Source: the human T2T-CHM13v2.0 reference genome, Homo sapiens
Direction: 5' to 3' (one strand)
Length of the DNA: 64,000 nucleotides
NCBI RefSeq assembly: GCF_009914755.1
Contig: NC_060932.1
Part shown: in pieces, positions 55,785-64,000 of the stretch
How positions within the stretch are numbered: the first letter of the stretch is position 1
How the letters are laid out: each line of letters begins with the position of its first letter
Notes under the pieces: model-generated
What the model was told of the DNA's origin: nothing
The model's database searches: none
The model's input: the letters and a program-made list of their open reading frames with translations, nothing else
Made by a program: the position numbers and the translations under genes

Positions 55785-55985
55785 AAAAATTTATTTTCTA
55801 AATTTTAATTGTGATAAAATAGCAGAAAATTTACTATTTTAAGTGTCTAGTTTGTTGGCATTAAGTACATTCGCATTATTGTGCAACCATCACCACCATC
55901 CAATTCCAGAACCCTTTTCATCTTGCAAAACAAAAACTCTGTGCCCAGTAAACAATAGTTCCTCATTCCCCAATCCCCTGTCCCT
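55785..55985 (-). mobile_element. L1MB-type 3' end fragment
   Basis: ggcattaagtacattcgcattattgtgcaaccatcaccaccatcc...ccagaacc. Confidence 0.8.
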
Positions 55986-56522
55986 GGTTCAGTTTTCTAT
56001 TCAATTTTATTACATAAGCACGTGTGTGTGTGTGTGTGTGTACCATTAACCAGTGGTACAGTGCAAAAAACTTACATAAATCTTCATTAAAATTCTAGGT
56101 CAGACATTTACTACTGTGAGAATTCGGTTAAGTAACATCTTTCTGAACATTTGTCTTCTCAGCTAAAATCTAAGGAGGAGGATGATGACGTTAATAGCTA
56201 ACATTCACTAGGCACATGTCCGTGCATTTCCCTTTCTCAAAAACCCTATAAAATAGGTTCTAGTATAATTTTCACTGGTACATGAGGAATCGGAAGCACA
56301 GAGATGTATCCCAAGGCCACATTTAACATCTACCTTAGAGAGAAGGTCACTGTGAAGAAAGTGCCAGGTACAGAGCCCATGCTCAAAAATGAGGGTTCCC
56401 GTTGCCTTTTTCAGGAGTCCTTACCAGGTGCGGTTTATATAGTCTGTGTACGGAGCATCCTTTGTGCAGCAATGAGTCTAGAGTCATTGCATTTTAGTCT
56501 TCACCACAACACTAGAAGGTAG

Positions 56523-56890
56523 ATATTTTAAATGTAGTTTCAAAATGTGTTAATTTGTAATTCCACGATAGTTGAAATCAAAGAAATCAAACCTTACAGG
56601 GAGAACTCAAAATTCACATGACTACCGCCCTCTAAACTCAGTCCCTGCTCCAGAGTAACTACTCTTATTGCACTAGTGTACTGTATGTCTTCCCAGACCT
56701 TTCTATGAATAGACACATCTTTATACCCGGAGAATTGAAAAATGCTTTTGCAGCTTGCTCTGTTCTGGAAACTTCTCAATATCACTCAGAGATATTTTTC
56801 CATATCAGTTCATAAAAATCAACCTCATTCTTTTTCACTGCACAGTGTGGTTGTATCAAAGTTTATTTAGCCACCTCCTTCTGATGATCA
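56523..56890 (-). mobile_element. Old L1ME-type fragment inside a MIR
   Basis: ccagagtaactactctt...tcttcccagacctttctatg...tttttccatatcagt. MIR sequence at about 56400-56522 and 56890-57010. Confidence 0.55.
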
Positions 56891-57199
56891 GTTACTGAGG
56901 TGGGCAATATCTTCCTTTGGGCCTGGGTACCTTTTCCAAGGCCATCTGACTGGCAAGTGGCAGAGCTGGGTTCTAGCCCCCTCGTTTCTGGCTCCAAACC
57001 CAACAGCCATCACCATTATAGTATAAATCAGCACAAACATAAAGTCTGTTTTCAAGTCAGATGGAAACTCAGTAGTTACTGACTACATTTATTTGTTCAA
57101 TGCTCACTTATTTATTGAGCATCCACTATGTACTATAACCAGTGGTGGAGAATCTCCACCTTGAAGTGTCTCCCCTCTTGGCTTCCAACTCCATCTCAT

Positions 57200-57720
57200 G
57201 CCTCCTGGCTTGTTGTCAAATTTGCTGGCCATCCCTCTTGCTCCACTGCCCCCTAAAATTTTATCTTTGTTCCCTTTTTGTTTCCTCACTTGGCACAGCT
57301 CCCGTGGGCCTTTCCATCCATGCCTCTGATTACTAAGTCTTCATTTCCAGGTCTCCCTCTCTCATTCAGCTCCAGACCCATGTTTCCAGCTGCCCCCAGG
57401 ATACCTGCTCCTGCATATCCCATAGCCATCTAAAATTCAACATGTCCAATTCTGGACTCATTCTCGCATCCCTAAAACCCACTCCTATTCCAATAAACGG
57501 CATCACTGCTTTGGGGCGGCCCAAGTTGAGTCTGCAGGGCTAACTTCATCTTCTCACTCTTCTTTGTCCCACAAATTCATTTAGTGAACCAGCTCCATTG
57601 GCTCAATTTCCTAAATAGTTCTGGGATCTGCCCTCTCTTCTCTAACACCACTGCCCTATCATAATTCAAGCCCCCAGCCCCTCTCCCTGAACTAGAACAA
57701 AAGCCTTCCCCTCTCCAATT
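57200..57720 (+). mobile_element. L2 LINE fragment
   Basis: gctccagacccatgtttccagctgcc...catctaaaattcaacatgtcc. Confidence 0.7.
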
Positions 57721-59019
57721 CTCCAAGCTCCCAAAGCACCTCATCCATTCCTGTTATCCCTCATCTCAGCACTCGGAACTTACAGGTCTATGTCTGGTCG
57801 AGGCATGGGCCATAGTCCAATCATCTTAATATCTCTGGTACATAATTGTTTAGACACAGTTTTCCTGAATGTTTGCTGAAGAAATGTTAGCACCAATGGC
57901 ACTTCCAGAAATGCTAGATAAAACCACCAAGGTGCGTTATTTCAGGCCCTCACCTTTTACATTATGGTTTTAGGGAAAGTGTAGGAATAAGGACAGAGCA
58001 GAATGTCTGTTCCTACATCTGCATGTGTGCTGAAGCTGACTGAGCACTTCTTACTGTTAAACTCGTTCCTCAGTGTTGCGGCTTAGCAGCATTACGAATA
58101 ATATCATTTCCACTATCTCTGTGTGGTAGCTGTTGGTCTGTCATTCACCCTTGATTTTTGCATTGTAATTGCACATATAACAAATGTATAAAATAAAGAA
58201 CTAGAACTGGTAGCAAAAAGATATATTATTGCATTTACTGTGCTGCTTGCAAGTATGTTTTTATCTTCTCAACACCTCAACTGAGGATTGTATGTATTCT
58301 ATAAAGCACTTTTTAGTACTGTGGTTGGGTCCTCACAGTGCAGGAAGTCCTGAGACTATTAAGATATCCCTCAATATTCACACAGATTTTTGTACCAACG
58401 ACCACAGAATTATAGGAATAAAAATTAAACTGGCTCTTAGCTAAAGCAAAAAAAAAAACAACAAAAAACCCAGACTCTGTTTTTCTCATTTTTGTAAAGC
58501 AGATGTGAGGCATCTGTCTGTTTTGTGTGAATTAAATGGTCTAGACATGCTTTCTAAAGAACTCCAGAGATGTGACTATTTTCATTCCATAAGACAATAG
58601 AGAAACTCATGTCTCTCCCTTTAGAAACTGGGGTATATTCTTTCAGGCCTGACAATGTAGTTGAATTCAGGAAATACAGCAGTATTTGCCACCTAAATTT
58701 TCACTTTCAATTGGATAATTATTTGTTCAAGGCCAAAATAAATGCTTCCCAAGCTTTCAGGGTATTGGCTATTGAGTAATCTAACTCAGGTTTGGGCGAT
58801 AACAGGTATGATTTTGTGAATGGCAGTTTGTTTCCAGTGCATTTCTCTGCCTGTATCTATGTTCATGAGTTTGCTTGTCTTCCCAACCACCCTTCCAGCA
58901 AACACTGAATGATAGTGGCAACATAGTGATGAGCAAGATAGACACAATCTGTGTCCTCATGGAGGCCAGCAAAGGCATTTAGTAGTTAAAAATTGGGTTT
59001 CTAAGGCTTCTTAACCATA

Positions 59020-59400
59020 GGCTGGGCATGGTGGCTCATGCCTCTATTCCCAGCACTTTGGGAGGCCAAGATGGGCAGATCAGTTGAGGTCAGGAGTTTG
59101 AGACCAGCCTAGGCAATATGGCGAAACACTGTCTCTACTAAAAATGCAAAAATTAGCCGGGCATGGTGGCACGTGCCTGTAATCCCAGCTATTCGGGTGA
59201 CTGAGGCAGGAAAATCGCTTGAACCTAGGAGGCGGAGATTGCAATGAGCCGAGATCACACCACTGCATATTTCAAATGTAGTTTTAAAGTGTGTTAATTT
59301 GTAATTCCACAATAGTTGAAGACATGCATCATAAGAAATCAAACCAGGGCGACAGAGCAAGACTATGTCTCTAAATAAATAAATAAGTAAATAAATAAAT
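59020..59400 (+). mobile_element. AluS carrying a non-Alu insertion of about 78 bp (59268-59345)
   Basis: Alu runs to ...cactgca, foreign DNA follows, and the Alu resumes gggcgacagagcaagac. TSD aag(gc/at)ttcttaaccat. Confidence 0.93.
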
Positions 59401-59469
59401 AAGATTTCTTAACCATTTGCTTAGATCCAAAATTTAAATCACGTTTATTTTACCTATGGTTCCTCCACC

Positions 59470-60285
59470 CATCATTTGACAAACGTTTATTCAGCATTAC
59501 TTTGTCAGGGCCTGTGCTGGTGCTACAGAGATGAGGAAAACGTGGGCACAGTCCTGGCCCTCAGGCAGCTTACAGTCAGCAGAGAAGACAGAAGAGTAAG
59601 TAGATACCATAATGCAATACAGAAAGTGCGGTGACAGTGATCTATATCTGGGTATACAGAGGAGGTGTCCCTGAGCTAAGCTGAAAGGATGAGTAAGACT
59701 TGGTTGCCTCAATTTCAGGAGGGTGGGCAGGAGCTAGGCAGATGTAGGTCACTTAAAGGAATGTCAAGAGATGAGGAGAGGGAGGTGGGGCCCTGGTCAG
59801 AGAGGCTTTAATGACCCTTATCCTGCATGTGATGGAAATTCACTGCATCCTGGATTCACATGCTGGCAGATGGAGCAGGGTGAGATCGACTGAGGAGGAA
59901 CAAGCCTGGCACAGAGCCCAGTTAAGGGGCTGCTGTGATATTCTGGCAGGAGACAATGAGGCCTGAAGGGTAGTGGAGGTAGAATAGAGGACACAGATTT
60001 GGGAACATCTTGGAAGACTGAACTGGCAGAGGTAGAATGGCATGGGGTGAAAGACAATGAAGATTTAAGGGGGACTCCCGGGTTTCTAGCATTAGTGATT
60101 GGATGGAAGATGGTGGCACCAACTGGGCAGAAAATACAAGGGGAATGGCGTTTGGTCATGTTGAACTTGAGGTACGTGTGGGACATTAAAAATGCAGATG
60201 TGAAGTTTTAAGGAGAAGTTTGGGTCAAAGGCAGTAATTTGGGAATCATTTGCACATGAGTTACTAAACTGAGTTTGAGCCACCA
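59470..60285 (-). mobile_element. L2 LINE fragment
   Basis: aaacgtttattcagc...ggccctcaggcagcttacagtc...tttggtcatgttgaacttgagg. Confidence 0.75.
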
Positions 60286-60754
60286 GTAAATATTAAAAAC
60301 ATCACAAAAGATGGGCCTGCAGGAGTTACCCCTGTGTTTACTCTGAGAATAGTGATAATTGAATATTGCTGTTGAATTCAATTTTGATGGCATGCTTCCC
60401 TATGGGTGCCATTAGAGAGACACTTCTTATCTTGGTACTAAGAATAGTTGGCTTTCTTCTGAGCAACAGAGTATACTTTTATCTTTTGTTTTCTGTAGTT
60501 CAAAAACTTTTATTTTTATGATTATAATATAGCTTAATACAATGTATTCATTTTTTAAAGCGTACAGTTCCACGGTTTTTAATATATTCAGAGTTCTGCA
60601 ACCATCACATAATCAATTTTAGAACAATTTCATCACCTCCCCCAAAAATCCTGTCCCCATTATTTTATTCCTTTTTATTGCTAAATCATATTCCCCAGAA
60701 TGGATATACATTTCATTTATCCATTCATCAGCTGATGGATGCGTTTAGCTAATA

Positions 60755-60965
60755 GACTGTCACTGTCAAATAGAAATGTCACGCAAACTACAAATGTGAG
60801 CTACATATATAATTTTATATTTTCTAGTAGCCACATTTTTTAAAAGTAAAAGAAAAACAGATGAAATTAATTTTAATAATATATTTCCACCAAACATATC
60901 CAAAATATTATTATTTCAACACATAATAAATATAAAAGATTATTGAGATATTTTACTTTTTTTGT
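60755..60965. mobile_element. MER33/MER3-like hAT-Charlie fragment (after an L1 fragment at about 60500-60740)
   Basis: ctgtcaaatagaaat...ttttctagtagccacatt...gaaattaattttaataatatattt. Confidence 0.7.
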
Positions 60966-61975
60966 ATTTTTTTGTATTTTCACAGTAAAATATCGTATGT
61001 CATATCTTTTCTCATTTGTTCTTAATTTAGCTATTTTATTATGTTTTATGCATCCTTCTTTGTAAATTGCCTTAATTAAAAATGGAAAATGCTGATGGCC
61101 TCAAGAAGAAAACTGCTGACAAAAAGAAGATAAGCTTTTCACTCGGAGCATGCAGATAGTGAACTGATTTGAGGAACTGAATATAAACCTGTCTCCTCAG
61201 AAGCTGTTGCCAACTCTCTACCTACCTCTCTCTGCCCCTTTTTCCCCAACACCTAACCTCAGCAAGCCTCTGCAGACATCACTATTTCTAGATATTTATT
61301 AAACAGTAGAATTGAGTACAGCCGAGTGTGACCAGTATCTAAAGGCACCAGAAAATAGGCTAGCTCCAACTGGTGTTAATTTATCTGGAAAACATTCAGT
61401 GATTTGGGAAAACAAAAACAAAAACAGACCACATGATTCCATGACCTCTCCTAAACTGCAGGGCAGAGAGAGTAAGCAAGACAAACTACCCTCACTGCTT
61501 TAATTGTGTAATGAACTTTCTCAGACACCGAAAGGTATGCTAGACATTCTTTCTCATCTCTGTCTTTATATATGCTTTGCCCTCCTCAAAGTGCCTTTCT
61601 CCCTTTCCTGCCTTACATGCCTCAAGACTCAGTTCAAATATCTCATTAGTGAAGACTTCCTCTATTCCTACTCCTGCAGGGCTTTGTTTACATCTTTCTT
61701 ATTGCAATGACCACACGTGGGTGTCCATGCCTGTACCAGGCTATAAGCACCAGCTCTTGGGTAGGAACAAAGCTGCCTTTATTTCTGTATTTCACACTTA
61801 GCTTAGACACTGGCACATAGTTGGTGCTTAATAGATGCTTGTTGATGAGTAAAGAAAGTGCAAGTCATGGGTACTCATGGGTGCCAGGTAGTGTTTGAAG
61901 GGTTTTCTGTGCATCTCTCATTTACTTTTCATAACCCTCTGAGGTTGTCTCTGCTTGATAAAGAAGGTAAGACTT

Positions 61976-62708
61976 CTGATCATTAGAGAAATGCAAATCA
62001 AAACCACTGAGATACCATCTCACATCAGGCAGAATGGCTATTACTAAAAAGTCAAAAAATAACAGATGCTGGTGAGGTTGCGGAGAAAAGGGAATGCTTA
62101 TATACTGTTGGTGGGAGTGTAAATTAGTTCAACCATTGTGGAAAGAGCTAAAAATAGAACTACTATTTGACCCAGCAATCCCATTACTGGGTTTATATGC
62201 AGAGGAATATAAATCATTCTACCATAAAGACATATGCACGCAAATGTTCATTGCTGCATCACTCACAATAGCAAGGACATGGATTCAACCTAAATGCCCA
62301 CCAATGACAGACTGGACAAAGAAAATACAGTATATATACACCATAGAATACCATGCAGCCATAAAAAAGAATGAGATAATGTCTTTTGTGAGGACATGGA
62401 TGGAGTTGGAAGCCATTATCGTTAGCAAACAAACACAGGAACAGAAAACCAAATACCACATGTTCTTGCTTATAAGGGGGAGCTGAATGATGAGAACACA
62501 TGGACACATAGAGGCGAACAACACACACTGGCGCCTACTTCAGGGTGGAGGGTGGCAAGAGGGAGAGGAACACGAAAAATAACTATTGGGTACTAGGCTT
62601 AGTACCTGAATGATGAAATAATCTGTACAACAAACCCCCATGACATATGGATTTACCTATGTAACAAACCTTCACATGTGTCCCCAAACCTAAAATAGAA
62701 GGTTAAAA
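61976..62708 (+). mobile_element. 5'-truncated L1PA13-16-like element (ORF2 C-terminus plus 3' UTR)
   Basis: ORF 62094-62486 [12 protein letters not shown]...DPAIPLLG...MFIAA resembles the L1 ORF2p end. 16-bp TSD aaagaaggt(a/g)agactt at 61960-61975 and 62709-62724. Confidence 0.93.
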
Positions 62709-62997
62709 AAAGAAGGTGAGACTTATAAAAAGGATTAAGGAACTCACTCATGGCCATGCAGTAAGTTAGGCAGCAGAGCTTCAAAGATACCTACCTTTGA
62801 GGACTTCCAATCTGTAAAAGATATAATCTTTCTTATATTTTTATAACAACCTCAAGAACTAAGGAAATGAATTGACTTCTAATTGGACAGAGTAAGGATA
62901 GGCCTTTTCTGTCAGAAGAAATTGTTTTCTCTCAGGCAAGTTAGAAAAGAATACCACAGACAAATATTGCATGTATTTGTATATATCGTATTGCATA

Positions 62998-63148
62998 TAT
63001 ACTATATATATATATAGTATCTATATATTGCAATACTATATATAGTATCTATATATTGCAATACTATATATAGTATCTATATATTGCAATACTATATATA
63101 GTATCTATATATTGCAATACTATATATAGTATCTATATATTGCAATAC
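62998..63148. repeat. AT-rich 28-bp minisatellite, about 5 copies
   Basis: Unit tactatatatagtatctatatattgcaa; ttgcaa recurs at 63028, 63056, 63084, 63112 and 63140. Confidence 0.95.
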
Positions 63149-63332
63149 ATTATGTTGCATGTATTTGTATATATTTGTAAAATATATACAATATTATATA
63201 TATGTTTGCTATCATTGCTGTGGATGAATGTCAGGGAACTGAGCAAGGCACCAGGATTCATTGAACAAGATTAAAAAACTAGCAACCCATTAGATTACTC
63301 TGAAATTGAAATAATTTTACATTAAGAACTTT

Positions 63333-63429
63333 GTATGTAACTAACCTGCACATTGTGCACATGTACCCTAAAACTTAAAGTATAATAATAATAATAATAA
63401 TAATAAAGCAATATAAACTGAAAAAAAAA
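63333..63429 (+). mobile_element. Extremely 5'-truncated young L1 (L1PA2/3-like) with a compound tail
   Basis: atgtaactaacctgcacattgtgcacatgtaccctaaaacttaaagtataataa. TSD aagaacttt at 63324-63332 and 63430-63438; TT/AAGA endonuclease site. Confidence 0.9.
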
Positions 63430-64000
63430 AAGAACTTTAAAAACATTCTGCTTGGACTTTTTTGACTGCCTGACACATTCAAATTCAAATCAAACTCCAA
63501 ATCACTACTTACTTGTTAAAGCAATTAATTTACTCTCAGAATCAAAAAGCTTTGCTGAAACTTTTAAAGGTCCATTTCATTCATTCATTACTATCAGGCT
63601 GTAATATCACATATAATTTTTAAAGATGACATGCTAAGCATGCAAACTGATTTATGGTCGTCAGCTGGTGTGCTTTTAAAATAAACTCCTATATACTTTA
63701 TGGAAGGACAACAGAGAAGGAATTCATGACTTTGCACACTGATTGATTAATAATGAAACAATTCCACATTTCAGATTCCTCCATGTACCTTGTTTTTCCT
63801 TGACATCAAAGACTTCTGTTCCAAGTGCTATTACGTCTTTTCATTCAAATGTTTTGCCAAGAATATTTTCTTTCCAAATGGGAAAGAAAGCTGTCATAGA
63901 ATAAGTGGAAAGGCTGAAAAATGCGCAGGTGCAGGAGTGCCCTATCTAACATGGTCGGTATACACTGAACATCAGGGAATATTTAAAAGCTCAGTGCTTT

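Noticed and set aside
62094-62486. 130-aa ORF
   Set aside because: Fragment of the L1 ORF2p C-terminus inside a truncated L1.
62998-63148. 28-bp repeats resembling a CRISPR array in unit length
   Set aside because: Head-to-tail with no spacers, in a eukaryotic context with no cas genes; it is a minisatellite.
48500-64000. Coding exons of the neighbouring STK3 kinase gene
   Set aside because: No kinase or SARAH-domain peptide in any frame. From memory the main STK3 3' end lies beyond this window, and non-coding extension exons cannot be called from sequence alone.

Overview
Primate (almost certainly human) genomic DNA, dense in Alu, L1, L2, MIR, MaLR LTR and DNA-transposon fossils. It holds one intact protein-coding gene, the silent voltage-gated K+ channel subunit KCNS2 (Kv9.2, 477 aa, CDS 43438-44871, +). 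KCNS2 has a CpG-island promoter, an inferred non-coding first exon and a long 3' UTR. The window also has a full-length, Alu-interrupted processed pseudogene of WASHC3/CCDC53 (-), a near-perfect hairpin inside an MLT1 LTR that matches my recollection of MIR9903 (-), and a decayed hAT transposase. I see no new multi-gene system. The most interesting observations are three. (1) A spliced 22-codon uORF is in frame with KCNS2, and its only stop codon (TAG) is also a possible alternative 3' splice site, so a 6-nt shift in acceptor would give a 33-aa N-terminally extended channel. (2) There are four independent short, locally templated copy events; one built the miRNA hairpin and another copied promoter DNA and lost all 8 CpGs. 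(3) A tiny young L1 carries an apparent 3' transduction. Repeat boundaries and subfamily names were called by eye and are approximate unless TSDs are quoted.
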